Shown here one piece after another: positions 22,259 through 33,655 of a stretch of DNA of 64,000 nt. This stretch comes from Naegleria gruberi (Eukaryota). Position 1 is the stretch's first letter, and each line of letters opens with the position of its first letter. The position numbers and the translations under genes were made by a program. The DNA lies in the NCBI GenBank assembly GCA_000004985.1, contig GG738850.1; one strand, 5' to 3'. The notes below the pieces were generated by a model. The model was not told the DNA's origin. It saw only the letters and a list, made by a program, of their open reading frames with translations, and made no database searches.

Positions 22259-24232
22259 TTTGTCTACAATCCTCTTAAGGTTATTTTTTGCGCTTGTGTA
22301 GCAATTGTCAATCTTGATTGCAGTTTCGAAATCAAATCTAGCTGCCTCCAGGTCTTCCATACATGTTTCGTATATACGACCCCTCATATTGAAAAGCACA
22401 GCGTTGGAAGGATCATTTGCTATTGCTTGATTAATGATGCTTAATCCTGTTTTGTGGTCTTTTAATTTGTAGCAATACAAGTTAGCACGATTTAAAAATA
22501 CATGGACTGATTTCGAATCATACTTATCAGTGATTAAACTATAATCCTTAAGTGCTTGTTGATAGTTTTGCATATCCTCGTAACATAATGCTCTTATGAA
22601 ATGAGTAAGTGCTTTAAACGGTCTACAACTGTCATCCATATCATGTATTATTGAATCTAGGTCACTGAGGCAATTTTCATAATCCTTTTTGATTATTCTA
22701 TTGTACAGAACTCTTATCAACATAGATTCATCTTCAGTAGTAGTGTTAATATTTGCTTCTACCATATTTTCAATGAGTTTTTCGGTTATAGAGTGTGATT
22801 GCAGTTCCAAAACATCTATAATGGTCAAATATATTTTGAAGGAATCGTTAAGACTTCTAGAATTCCTTATTTCCTTTGATTTAGAGACAAGAATGTCCAA
22901 TATGTGAGTGTGAGATTTCTGAGCTGGTTTTTCTTTCTTGACATCTTTGAAAATTTTCTCTATTCTTTGTAAATTATCCTTCGCTTCCAGATTCTTTGGA
23001 TCAAGCTTTAATGCAAGAATGTAATCAAGCCTAGCTGATTCAAAATTTTTAAACCCAACTTCGAAAACCTTTCCTCTTCCAACCAAACAAGGTACTGAGC
23101 TGGCTTGTATTTTCAATGCTCGATTGTAATCTGCTAAAGCCATATCAAATTCACTAATCTTGAAGAATAATTGAGCTCTACTTAAAAATGCTGCAAAGTA
23201 ATCTGGAGATAGAATGATTGCATGATTGTAATCTCTCAATGCGCTTTCCCAGTCATCTAATGAATTCTTGTACAAATCTGCTCTGCATTTATAAAGCATT
23301 GCAATGTTAGGATGATTTTCAATACCAATATTTAAATCGTTGAGAGCTGCCTCTACTTGGTCTGATCTTTGTAATATTAATGATCTGGAAACATATGCTT
23401 TGTAATAGTCGTAATCCTCAATTATTTTTCCGAAATCCATTTTGGCTTCAGAATATCTTTTAAGATCAACGTAGCAACATCCCCTTATATAGTGTGTTAA
23501 ACATACAAGTAAATTGTGTTCACTTGTTTGGATTTCCAACAAATTAGTGCAGAAAGAAATGGTCTTGTGATTGTCCATTAAAATAGATCTGGAAAATATA
23601 GCACAACAAAATAAGGCAAGGGTGTAGTTTGGACTTTCTTTAACAGAATCCAAAAAGGAATACATATTATGTTCTTTGGAGTCCAGAATTGATATTTTCC
23701 TCTTCATTTCATTGTATATTTGTTCAGCTTTTGAGCATTCTGTTTGTACAATTATTTCATTTGATAAAAAGAGCAAATAATCCACAGTCATTATTTCATC
23801 AGATGATGAGCTTGGTTTGGAATCATCATTTCTATCAACTCTTTTGGGAGTGTACTGTCTTGACCTTGCTGTTTCCTTAACTTCATCAGCAGCATCCTTC
23901 TTGATTTTTTCAATCAGTGCATCCTTCTTCTTTTCAACCATCTTCTTAGCTTCATTGATGATATTCTCGATTAGATTTTTAACAAGCCTTTCCTGTTCCT
24001 CAAAAATCTGTTTTACATTTGTATCCTTACTAAGTTCTGCTTGCTTTTCCAATTCCTCGATCATTTCATCAATATTATATTTAGGTTGCTCCTCTTCCAT
24101 CAAAACTTCTGGTTGATCACTTGCTCTCAACTCCTCTAGCTTTTTCGTATATTCCTGTTCGGTAAGAAATCCCTCCCTTAGTAGTGTGTTGAGAAGTATT
24201 TCCGAACTGGGACCTTCAGTATTGTTGTTCAT
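22244..24232 (-). CDS. Tetratricopeptide (TPR) repeat protein, about 662 aa
   Basis: It carries multiple TPR-like 34-aa units, for example ...MLYKCRADLYKNSLDDWESALRDYNHAIILSPDYFAAFLSRAQLFFKISEFDMALADYNRALKI.... The track start at 24253 is TTG and the first ATG is at 24232. Its 3' end overlaps the Dnmt2 CDS by 15 bp. Confidence 0.65.
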   Translation of the reverse strand: MNNNTEGPSSEILLNTLLREGFLTEQEYTKKLEELRASDQPEVLMEEEQPKYNIDEMIEELEKQAELSKDTNVKQIFEEQERLVKNLIENIINEAKKMVEKKKDALIEKIKKDAADEVKETARSRQYTPKRVDRNDDSKPSSSSDEIMTVDYLLFLSNEIIVQTECSKAEQIYNEMKRKISILDSKEHNMYSFLDSVKESPNYTLALFCCAIFSRSILMDNHKTISFCTNLLEIQTSEHNLLVCLTHYIRGCCYVDLKRYSEAKMDFGKIIEDYDYYKAYVSRSLILQRSDQVEAALNDLNIGIENHPNIAMLYKCRADLYKNSLDDWESALRDYNHAIILSPDYFAAFLSRAQLFFKISEFDMALADYNRALKIQASSVPCLVGRGKVFEVGFKNFESARLDYILALKLDPKNLEAKDNLQRIEKIFKDVKKEKPAQKSHTHILDILVSKSKEIRNSRSLNDSFKIYLTIIDVLELQSHSITEKLIENMVEANINTTTEDESMLIRVLYNRIIKKDYENCLSDLDSIIHDMDDSCRPFKALTHFIRALCYEDMQNYQQALKDYSLITDKYDSKSVHVFLNRANLYCYKLKDHKTGLSIINQAIANDPSNAVLFNMRGRIYETCMEDLEAARFDFETAIKIDNCYTSAKNNLKRIVDKLSQK

Positions 24233-24420
24233 TTTTTTAAAATCTTTTTTCAAATTAAACGGCTAGTTATCAATAAGGGTTATGGAAAGTTTATTCATTG
24301 ATAAGGAACAAATATCGAATTGTGTTTACACCTTTAATTCTTGCTAAATATCACTCTCAGATGAACAAAATGATGTTTGCCGCCAAAACCCATACAATTT
24401 TTGCGCCAACTTTAAAAAAA

Positions 24421-25380
24421 ATGTCAACAGGGGATATTAAAAACAACGTTGAAAAATTAAGAACGCAATTAAGAAGTATTCATTATAATGGGAGTTTTGA
24501 TGTTGAGGGAATAATAAACGGAAAACCAGAAGTGTTTCTGCCGTTATTGAATTATACACTGCTGCAGTTTAGCAAATCTTTAGCCAAATTCTTTATACAA
24601 AAGGGATATTTATTCCATAATCTTTCCGATTCAAAGTTTATTGAAACTGTTTACCGATTATTAATTAACGAGTTTGCATACAATCCAAGTTTGAGCATTA
24701 TTTACTTCTTATCTAGCGGATTTTCAGAGAGAAAGGTCTTGTTCCTTTGTGATGTAATTCATTACTGTAAAAAAAAGCATAATGAATTGGTAAAGACTAA
24801 AAAGAAGAGCCTCTTTGAAAGAGGAAAGGAAAAGGAAAAAGATCATCCAAAGAAGACTGAGGAATCAAAATCTCAACAGCCAGAAGTACAAAAGAATATT
24901 CCTGATATTGTTAGAGAACCAAAGCATGTTGTTTTGGTCAGAAAAGAACCTGAATATCAACTAGATGTCGATGACTCGAACGTCGATACTACAGTATCTT
25001 CTGCTCTCAATGAGAGTGACATATTTATACGTGCTTTGAATGATCTTTCGCATAGAATGATGGATAGTATTCAAAAGCTTGACGATAAGGTTGACAAGAA
25101 TTTATCCAGTCTTAGAGACAGAGTATTTTTAGTGGAGAGAAGAGTTCAAGCTCTGGAAGAAAGTGCAAAACAGAAAGCTCAAAAGGAAGAAGCACTACAA
25201 CTAAATCCAACATCTCGAATTTCTCGATCGCCTGAAAGGATACCAAACACAAACCACATACCTCAACAATTTTTTACACCTGCAGTGAATCATGGCAGTC
25301 CGCCAATGCCAAAAAGGCAAATCAGCGACACTGAAGATTTTATCAACCAACTAGCTCAAAAACATAAAATAAAATTGTAA
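24421..25380 (+). CDS. CEP44: Centrosomal protein CEP44 homologue
   Basis: The N-terminal 130 aa MSTGDIKNNVEKLRTQLRSIHYNGSFDVEGIINGKPEVFLPLLNYTLLQFSKSLAKFFIQKGYLFHNLSDSKFIETVYRLLINEFAYNPSLSIIYFLSSGFSERKVLFLCDVIHYCKKKHNEL are colinear with the CEP44 N-terminal domain. The track ORF starts earlier at 24298, but homology begins at the ATG at 24421. Confidence 0.7.
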   Translation: MSTGDIKNNVEKLRTQLRSIHYNGSFDVEGIINGKPEVFLPLLNYTLLQFSKSLAKFFIQKGYLFHNLSDSKFIETVYRLLINEFAYNPSLSIIYFLSSGFSERKVLFLCDVIHYCKKKHNELVKTKKKSLFERGKEKEKDHPKKTEESKSQQPEVQKNIPDIVREPKHVVLVRKEPEYQLDVDDSNVDTTVSSALNESDIFIRALNDLSHRMMDSIQKLDDKVDKNLSSLRDRVFLVERRVQALEESAKQKAQKEEALQLNPTSRISRSPERIPNTNHIPQQFFTPAVNHGSPPMPKRQISDTEDFINQLAQKHKIKL

Positions 25381-25381
25381 T

Positions 25382-27956
25382 TTATTGTAAAAACTTTTCA
25401 AGTTGAGATTCTTGTGATTTTTCAGCATCTTCTGCTCTTAACACCTCAATTGAACCCTTACTATCACCAACCAACACAATTGGAACATCTTCAGCGAATA
25501 TTGTGCAATTCAGCTTTCCAGGTTTTGTCTTGGAATATTTTGGTCTAACTGTTGAATAGCTCAAATCCCAAAGCTCCAAATCTCCAACAATGGATGAAGT
25601 AGCAAACATTGTCGAGCAATACTTACTCCAAGCAACATCTGTCACAGAGTAAGAACGTTGATCACTCTTCTCAGAGTATGACTCGATAGTAAATATTGGT
25701 GTTAATGATTCTTGATTCCATATCTTCACTGTCCAGTCAGCACTACAAGAAATAAACATGTCAGGAACGACAGGATTCCATCTCACAGAGTAAACAGGAC
25801 CTGTGTGATCAATGTATGTTTCAAGAGGGTGTTCATTATATGAGCTAGAGCACTTGAAGATAGCACCATCTTCTGTACCAACAAGATAAATCAAATTGTC
25901 AGAAGGTGAGAAATCAATACTCATACCACCCGATTCTCTTGAAATCATGGCATCTCCTCCCATATCTGTTGCTCTTCCTATTCTCTTCAATCTCATTATT
26001 TCTGATGATTCCAAACCTTTCTTAATTGTCCATGAATTTACTCTACCATCTACACCAACCGAGTGCAATTTCTCGCCAACATCCTTTCCTCGATTTACCC
26101 ATTTTAGATCCCAAACTGTACCTGTATGACTCTTAATAGTTTCCATTACTGGCGTATTTTCCTTTCTTCTGATATCGTAAATTGATACAGTACCATCACT
26201 TAAACCAGCTGCCAAAATACTAGGATTAGTGGCAGAGAAATTTACACTGTTAACACCAGCTCCATCTACCTTAAGAATACGTTCTGGGTAGGCTGGATTC
26301 TTAACATTCCAACAGAGAATGACACCATTAGATTGATGTAAATCAGTAACATCTCCAGATCCATAAGCTGCTGCCAGTATGTCATTATTCTGCTTATTCC
26401 ATGTGAGGTTGTTGACATTGTAGTTTTTAACCACATCACAATTATATTCCCAAAGAGTTGTGAGAACTCCTGATGGTTTAGTGTTGACAACATCTTCTTC
26501 AGTATCACTTTCAGCCTTATCTTTTTCTTCATCCTCCCTTTCCTTTTCTTTTTCGTCCTCTCCTTTAGCAACTTCTTCCTCTTCGAAAGTGTCACTTCTT
26601 GGAGTTTCTTGAGAGTCGTTTGGCGATTTTGAGGCAACCTCCTCTTGAACTTCTTTAGTTTCAGATTGTTCTTCAGGAAGTGGTAATAAAGGCACATCTC
26701 TATCATCTGCATTAATGTATCGTTTTTGTCTGTTATGGAATATATTTTGTACAACTGCTCTTGTTATTACAAGTTCTTGGTAGGATGAAACAGATGTCTT
26801 TTCGCTGCCAACTCTTCCACTCTTAACACTGATATCATCAGCTCCATCATCCTCCAAATCTCCTTCTTCCTCGTCTTCCTCATCTTGCTTGTTTGATAGT
26901 GAGGTCATTATTTCCCTTTCTTCCCTTTCTCGTTCTTCTCTTTCTCGAATATCTTTATAATCATCAAATATTTGATAAGCTGAAACTTGAACTTCAACTT
27001 CTTCGTATTCTGTCTTCGAAGTGTTTGTTCTCTTGTTTTTGTAAAACTTTTCCATTGTTTGTACATGTTTATCCATATAATTATCTCTATTATTTTCCTT
27101 ATTTTTCAGCAATTCCTTATAGACCTTGTTTTTTTCTCTAATTTCTTCAATCTTAGGATCGTCAACCTTTACACTCTCATCAAATTTATCAAACAGGAAA
27201 AATGTTTCAGTTTCTGTTAAGGATATAGTAAAATCCACTTCTTGTAACATTTCCAATTGTTTTTCAGTTAATTTTTCCTCGTTGGAACGATCCAAACTTA
27301 TTGAAGGAACGTCACTCTTTTTAATAAAACTATCCACTGCTCCAATATTATCCAAATCTTGAGCTAAACTCAAATCTACAGATCCAGCAGTGCTGAAAGT
27401 GTCATCATTACCCACAGGACCACTGAACACAAATGACTCCTCATCGTCACTCACAACAGATGGACTTGATGAGCCAGCTTGACTAGCCTCTCCTTGAGGA
27501 ATATCTCTTCCGAAACTGTATGAAGAAGCTCTATCAAAATCAGAAATTGATTCACTCTAAAACAATATTAAATACAATTCCATCTTATTAAAAACCTACT
27601 GCTGATGAAGGAGAAATATTTCCCGATTGATATGATCCTGCCATATCTGCTGATGTATTTTGAGAGAATAATGGTGCAGGATTTTTGATTTGTTTTGTTA
27701 CTGGGTCAACAGCATCAAATGAATCCTTAGTTTTTCCTAGCATTGTTTGAAATCTCTTCTTCATTCCTTGAAGAGTAATTGATGATCCAACATTCTTTTT
27801 TCCAAATCCTTTTTTCGAATCGGATTTTCTTGATTTTGATGTTCTCGATGTTGACGACCCTGTATTGAGTTGAGTGGACATTCTACGAGATTCCCTGTTT
27901 GTAGAACTGCCTGCTCTAGAGGACGTTGGTGGATCTTGGAATGGGTTTCTATTCAT
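25382..27956 (-). CDS. DNAI1: Axonemal outer-arm dynein intermediate chain (DNAI1/IC78-like), WD40
   Basis: Gene model is join(complement(25382..27556),complement(27600..27956)). The 43-nt intron has a GTAGGT donor and TTTTAG acceptor, in phase 0. The track ORF's GTG 'start' is internal, and the frame is open upstream exactly to the acceptor. WD-repeat blocks match DNAI1: LCWNVKNPAYPE, IYLVGTEDGAIFKCSSSYNEHPLETYIDHTGPVYSVRWNP and MFISCSADWTVKIWN. The DNAI1 equivalents are MFLVGTEEGKIYKCSKSY and FMSCSSDWTVKIWD. Acidic and charged low-complexity inserts lie in the N-terminal half. Confidence 0.7.
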
Positions 27957-28023
27957 TTTTTTTTGTAGATAAAATTGGCGGTAAATTTTGAACCAACAAT
28001 AATGACAAAATTGTGTTTTTAAT

Positions 28024-29319
28024 TTAGAAAGCAGCAAGACCAGTAATGCTTCTACCTAAAATCAAAGCATGGATATCATGAGTTCCTTCGTAAGTATTTA
28101 CAGATTCAAGATTGGCAGAATGTCTAATAATATGATATTCATCAGCAATACCATTACCACCCAACATATCTCTACAAACTCTGGCAATTTCAAGAGCTTT
28201 ACCAGCATTATTTCTCTTCAACATTGAAATCATTTCAGGAGCCCATTCACCCTTATCCTTAAGTCTACCCAATTGAACACATGAAACAAGTCCTAAAGAA
28301 ATTTCAGTAAGCATGTCAGCCATCTTCTTTTGTGGCAATTGATTTTGAGCAAGTGGTCTACCAAATTGCTTTCTATCAATTTGATATTGACGAGCAGTGT
28401 GGAAACAGTATTCAGCTGCACCCAAAGCTCCCCAAGCAATACCATATCTAGCACTATTTAAACAAGAGAATGGACCACCAAGACCAGAAGCATGAGGCAA
28501 CAAATTTTCAACTGGAACATGGACATCATCCATACCAATTGAACCTGTAATTGAAGCTCTGAGAGACATCTTTCCTTCAATCTTTGGTGCAGTGAGACCC
28601 TTCATTCCCTTTTCAAGAATGAAACCTTTAATTTTACCTTCGTGTGCTTCACTTCTAGCCCAAACAACGAAAATATCAGCAATTGGTGAGTTAGTAATCC
28701 ACATCTTTGAACCATTCAAAATATAATATTTTCCACATTGTGATAACTTGGCTTTTGTTTCCATACTACTTGGATCCGATCCGTGATTTGGTTCAGTTAA
28801 TCCAAAACAACCAATTAATTCACCAGTAGCAAGTTTTGGCAAATACTTTTGCTTTTGTGCTTCATTACCCCATTGGTTAATAGGATGCATAACAAGGGAG
28901 CTTTGAACAGACATTGCAGAACGATAACCACTATCAACTCTTTCAACTTCACGAGCAACAAGTCCATAAGCAACATTTGAAGCACCAGCACAACCATGTC
29001 CATGAATATTGATACCTAACATACCCATTTCACCCATTTCTCTCATAATTTCAGGGTCAAAATGTTCCTTTCTATTGGCTTCCAAAACTCTTGGCATGAG
29101 TTTTGCTTGACAGTAACCATGGACTTGATCACGAATTTCCTTTTCTTCTTCGGTGAGCAAACTTTCAACATTAAGTGGGTCTTTCCAGTTGAAGCTAACC
29201 ATAACTTCCTTGTGTTGGGTTGCGTTTGTTGAAAAACATCTGGAGTTATTGCTGATGAGTGATGCAAGACCGGACTTGTTGGAATTTTTGGTGATGACTT
29301 TTCTAGCTGATGAAAGCAT
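28024..29319 (-). CDS. GCDH: Glutaryl-CoA dehydrogenase, mitochondrial (acyl-CoA dehydrogenase family)
   Basis: It is near-colinear with GCDH throughout. Matching blocks are [81 protein letters not shown] and [19 protein letters not shown]. The presequence-like start [13 protein letters not shown] is at ATG 29319. An upstream in-frame ATG at 29403 is a less likely alternative. Confidence 0.9.
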   Translation of the reverse strand: MLSSARKVITKNSNKSGLASLISNNSRCFSTNATQHKEVMVSFNWKDPLNVESLLTEEEKEIRDQVHGYCQAKLMPRVLEANRKEHFDPEIMREMGEMGMLGINIHGHGCAGASNVAYGLVAREVERVDSGYRSAMSVQSSLVMHPINQWGNEAQKQKYLPKLATGELIGCFGLTEPNHGSDPSSMETKAKLSQCGKYYILNGSKMWITNSPIADIFVVWARSEAHEGKIKGFILEKGMKGLTAPKIEGKMSLRASITGSIGMDDVHVPVENLLPHASGLGGPFSCLNSARYGIAWGALGAAEYCFHTARQYQIDRKQFGRPLAQNQLPQKKMADMLTEISLGLVSCVQLGRLKDKGEWAPEMISMLKRNNAGKALEIARVCRDMLGGNGIADEYHIIRHSANLESVNTYEGTHDIHALILGRSITGLAAF

Positions 29320-29904
29320 CTTGGTGGTGATTTGAAATTTTTTAATTGTTGTAATTTTAATTTCAATTCGATAGACCACCTCAAGCACAACATTATCCTG
29401 CATGAAGCTTCAACGGATATTGAGTGAAGCTCATTTTTGATTGAGGTGATTCTATTCAACCCCAAAGAGGTAGTTAGTTTTGGAACAACCCCAGCCGCTC
29501 ATTCAGGTTTACATTAAGAATAAACTTTTAAATTGCTGCACTAGTTCCTTACTTGATGACATATCATTTGCCTTGTCCATTAGTATGAATAATTTGACAC
29601 GATTAATATCTCAAGGAACATTTCTGAATTTCTAACAAGTGCAAATGGATATTTGAAATTGAGAGAAGTTTCAAATCTAAATTGTAATACTGAGTGCAGA
29701 GGAACAACGCTTCATCTTTTAATATATTTCCTTATTATCTTTTTTGTAATAAAAAATTAAATTTAAATTGAGAATATTAAATATTTTAGTTTTTTTACAT
29801 GCTATTTGGAGTTAGCTAGCTTACAATGTACAGTTTGAATTGAAATGATGATGACGTTGTTGTTGTTGTATTCAAACCTCCAATCCAAAAAAAGTTTGAT
29901 TAAT

Positions 29905-30339
29905 TTAAACTCGGTGGAAATTAACATTAATACCAAAAGCCTTTTCAGCTGATGCGTGAGCATCGTCTGATGGCAAGCTTTCTGACATTGTTGGATCGCA
30001 CAAGAAATCCTCAAATTCAATATTTTCATCGTCTCCCATTAATACACTCAAGCCAACTTTGTTTGATTGAAGTGATGGCAATCTTAAAGAAGCACCGAAT
30101 ATCTTTTTTTGCATCTCCATATGCATAGGCATATGACTTCCGAAGTTTCTAGCCATAATAAAGTATTGTCTCTTCAATTCATCTTTTTCATACTAAAATA
30201 TACAATCATCACAAGATCAAATAATTATTCTACCTACCTTCCTGAGCACTGATTCAACAGGATGAGAAATTGGTGTGGCAACTCTTTGGGTACCAGTGGA
30301 AACATTAACGGATGGAGGATCTAATGGGATTTGGTTCAT
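29905..30339 (-). CDS. POMP: Proteasome maturation factor POMP/Ump1
   Basis: Gene model is join(complement(29905..30192),complement(30238..30339)). The 45-nt intron has a GTAGGT donor and TATTTTAG acceptor, in phase 0. Exon 1 ...PISHPVESVLRK matches POMP LPSHPLELSEKN. Exon 2 LPSLQSNKVGLSVLMGDDENIEFEDFLCDPTMSE matches POMP LPFLSSSNLSLDVLRGNDETIGFEDILNDPSQSE. Confidence 0.75.
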
Positions 30340-31008
30340 TTTTTATGATTTGATTAAATGACGCAAGTTATTTTTAGCATCCATTTTACGTAAATACAAT
30401 TTTTCAGAGGTGTAGAATCGAACACTTGACCTTTGCAAACAAGAATTTAAATTAAAATATTTATTATTAAATCATTGTTAGTAGTGACCTGATGGTAAAA
30501 CATTGAACTCTTGGGTGTTCACAGTTAAAAAAAAAAGTTAAATGAAGGAGTATAACTGTGATGAATCAGAGTCTAGAATTCCAAAACTCATCAGATACTT
30601 TATTAATCCTTATAATATTATTATAAGGGTGGGCTCATTTGTTGAGCGAATTGTTTATTAACTCTAAATAAGGTTGTTTACAGTTCAGTAAAGTATCTCC
30701 ATTTTCTAGGTCAGTGACTTTTTAAGCCTCTAGACGGTTCAAATACATTGGCTGTATCTTCAATAATGACTCTAGACATTGTATCCAACACACAATTTTC
30801 ACACAAAGCCAATCCAATCATTGGTAATACTTTGCATGAGGGAAGTGTAAGGGTTTCATTTTCTGTAGAATACATGTTGTAATCTTTGTTTCACACAGAG
30901 GTTGTTGTGTTGAAAAATGGACTTGAACGCACTGCATTCATTATTTGCGCTCTCCTTTGAAAACAATTTGGCTAATTTGAATTTTTGAAAAATTTATTGC
31001 ATAAAAAA

Positions 31009-33231
31009 ATGAAAAACGTCGCTAGAATTATTTCCAGCAAAAAGTTAGCAAAGTCATCATCTAGAGCCCTTGCTTTAGCTAGTACCCAGGAATGCAAGAA
31101 TAGTTTGATCAGATCAACAACAGGGTTTGCTACTCCACAACAACAACAATTTTCTACATTTATTAATCCTTCTGTTTTCAAGACTACTAATTATGTTAGA
31201 GCTCCAGAAACCAACGATCAACCAAAAGAACATTACTTTAACAAAATCTTGATTGCCAACAGAGGTGAAATTGCCGTCCGTATCATTAAAACTTGTAGAA
31301 AGCTTGGAATTAAGACCGTAGCCGTTTACAGTGATGCTGATGCTAACAACAAACATGTTAGAATGGCTGATGAAGCTGTATATATTGGTGGTTCTTCTCC
31401 TGCTGATTCATATTTGAGAGCCAACAGAATTATTGCTGCAATGAAGCAAACCGGAGCTGAAGCTGTGCATCCAGGTTTTGGTTTCTTATCTGAAAATGCC
31501 TCTTTTGCTAAAGCTATTGAAGATGCTGGACTCGTTTTTATTGGTCCACCATCATCTGCAATTTCTGCTATGGGAGACAAGATTGAAAGTAAGATTATTG
31601 CTGAAAGAGCTAAAGTTAACATTATTCCTGGCCATCAAGGTGAAGTTTTCAGTGCTGATGAATGTATCAAAATTGCTGCTGAAAAGATTGGTTATCCAGT
31701 CATGATTAAAGCTTCCGCTGGTGGTGGTGGTAAGGGTATGAGAATTGCCTATAATGAACAAGAATTGAGAGAAGGTTTCAGATTGAGTCAAGATGAAGCT
31801 ATTAGAAACTTTGGTAGTGATAAGATGTTGATCGAAAGATTCGTTGAAAATCCAAGACACATTGAAATTCAAATTATTTGTGACCAACATGGAAATTATC
31901 TTTATTTGCCAGAAAGAGAATGTTCCATTCAAAGAAGAAATCAAAAGGTCATTGAAGAAGCTCCATCTTCAGTAATTGATGAAGCAACTAGAAAGGCTAT
32001 GGGTGAACAAGCTGTTGCTTTGGCTAAGGAAGTTGGTTATTTCTCAGCTGGTACTGTTGAAATGTTGATTGACTCAAATAAGAACTTCTACTTCTTGGAA
32101 ATGAATACTCGTTTGCAAGTTGAACACCCTATTACTGAATTCATTACTGGTATTGATTTGGTTGAACAAATGATTCGTGTTGCTGCCAAGAAGCCATTGT
32201 TGCTCAAGCAAAAGGATATTAAGATTACTGGTCACGCTACTGAATCCAGAGTTTATGCTGAAGATCCAATGAATAACTTCTCACCATCTGTTGGTACTCT
32301 TCACACATACATTGAACCAAGAGATGACGAAGGAAGAATCAGAGTTGACTCTGGTATTTTGGAAGGTTCTGAAATTTCAGTTTTCTACGATCCAATGATC
32401 AGTAAGACTATTGCTTACGGAAAGGACAGAATGGAATCTATTAACAGAATGGTTGAAGCTCTCGATACCTATGTCATTCAAGGTGTTCGTCATAACATTT
32501 CTTTGCTTCGTGATATTTTGGTTACTGAAGATTACAGGAAGGGTAACATTACTACTAAATTCATTCAAAAGCACTACCCAGAAGGATTCAAGGGTATTAA
32601 GCTTTCATCTGATGCTAAATCATCACTCATTGCTTCAGTCGGTTTGATGGAATATATTGCTAATAGAAGAGATTTCCAAATTACTGGTCAATTGCCAAGA
32701 GCTCAACCACCTAAGACTACTAAACTCTTCGTTAACATTGATAAGGAAGCCTATCCAGTTTCAATTACCCAAGAAAAGGGCAAGTATATTGTTGAATTTA
32801 AGGATCACCTCTATGTCGCCAAGACTAGCTGGGTTGTTGGTACACCAATCTTCCGTGCTGTTCTCAATGATAATCAATCAGTCATTGTTCAAGTTGGTGA
32901 AAGAAAAGGTACTACTCAATTTGTCAGTTTCATGGGTACTGAATTCAAGTTTGATATCAGAACTCCAAAGGAACAAGAATTACACAAGCACATGCCAGTT
33001 ATTATTCCACCAGATCGTTCTAAGATGTTGATTGCTCCTATGCCAGGTGCTATTGTTTCAGTTGCTGTTCAACCAGGTCAAAAGGTTTTGGCTCACCAAG
33101 AATTGGTCGTCATTGAAGCCATGAAGATGCAAAACGTCCTTAAGTCTTCTACTGAAGGTATCATTAAGGAAATCAAGGTTAAGGCCGGTGATATTGTTGG
33201 TAATGAAGCTGTCTTGATCACTTTCGAATAA
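31009..33231 (+). CDS. PCCA: Propionyl-CoA carboxylase alpha chain, mitochondrial (biotin carboxylase + BCCP)
   Basis: It is colinear with PCCA. Matching blocks are ILIANRGEIAVRIIKTCRKLGIKTVAVYSD, GYPVMIKASAGGGGKGMRIA, ERECSIQRRNQKVIEEAPS and EMNTRLQVEHPITE. The C-terminal biotinyl domain carries IEAMKMQN. The first ATG is at 31009 and the track start at 30985 is TTG. Confidence 0.9.
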   Translation: MKNVARIISSKKLAKSSSRALALASTQECKNSLIRSTTGFATPQQQQFSTFINPSVFKTTNYVRAPETNDQPKEHYFNKILIANRGEIAVRIIKTCRKLGIKTVAVYSDADANNKHVRMADEAVYIGGSSPADSYLRANRIIAAMKQTGAEAVHPGFGFLSENASFAKAIEDAGLVFIGPPSSAISAMGDKIESKIIAERAKVNIIPGHQGEVFSADECIKIAAEKIGYPVMIKASAGGGGKGMRIAYNEQELREGFRLSQDEAIRNFGSDKMLIERFVENPRHIEIQIICDQHGNYLYLPERECSIQRRNQKVIEEAPSSVIDEATRKAMGEQAVALAKEVGYFSAGTVEMLIDSNKNFYFLEMNTRLQVEHPITEFITGIDLVEQMIRVAAKKPLLLKQKDIKITGHATESRVYAEDPMNNFSPSVGTLHTYIEPRDDEGRIRVDSGILEGSEISVFYDPMISKTIAYGKDRMESINRMVEALDTYVIQGVRHNISLLRDILVTEDYRKGNITTKFIQKHYPEGFKGIKLSSDAKSSLIASVGLMEYIANRRDFQITGQLPRAQPPKTTKLFVNIDKEAYPVSITQEKGKYIVEFKDHLYVAKTSWVVGTPIFRAVLNDNQSVIVQVGERKGTTQFVSFMGTEFKFDIRTPKEQELHKHMPVIIPPDRSKMLIAPMPGAIVSVAVQPGQKVLAHQELVVIEAMKMQNVLKSSTEGIIKEIKVKAGDIVGNEAVLITFE

Positions 33232-33655
33232 ATTGTAAAAAATCTCTTTGTAATATTTACTACAGTTAAAATGTGATGTATCAGGATAATGTTTTGGATA
33301 TTAAACTACAATACTGCTTCGTCCAATTACGTGATATCAAATTATTGTTTTTATTAAAATGGGTGATGAAAATCATAAAAAATAGACCTATGGCTGATGA
33401 ATCAACCAAAAAAAACCAACCATCAACACTTGTCCCATCAAGTAAACTCAATGGGTGATGTTTTTGCCCAACAATTTAAAATTCAGTGCACTATGATGTT
33501 CAAAGGCTTATTTTACGAGTATCTCCATCAACACATTACCCACTCATCATGAATGGCAACGGCTGCTGCTGTGGTGTTGCATCAAAGTCTGATTGAGGTT
33601 GTTATTATCACGCTGCAACAATTAAGAAGAATAACAATTAGAAAAAAAGAAACAA

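Noticed and set aside
30395-30440. tRNA-like T-arm motif (gtgttcgattctacac on the minus strand) in the POMP-PCCA intergenic region.
   Set aside because: Only a 4-bp stem with an 8-nt loop can be formed. No matching acceptor 5' strand, D-arm or anticodon stem is found within 80 nt on that strand. It is probably a chance match or a decayed fragment, not a functional tRNA gene.
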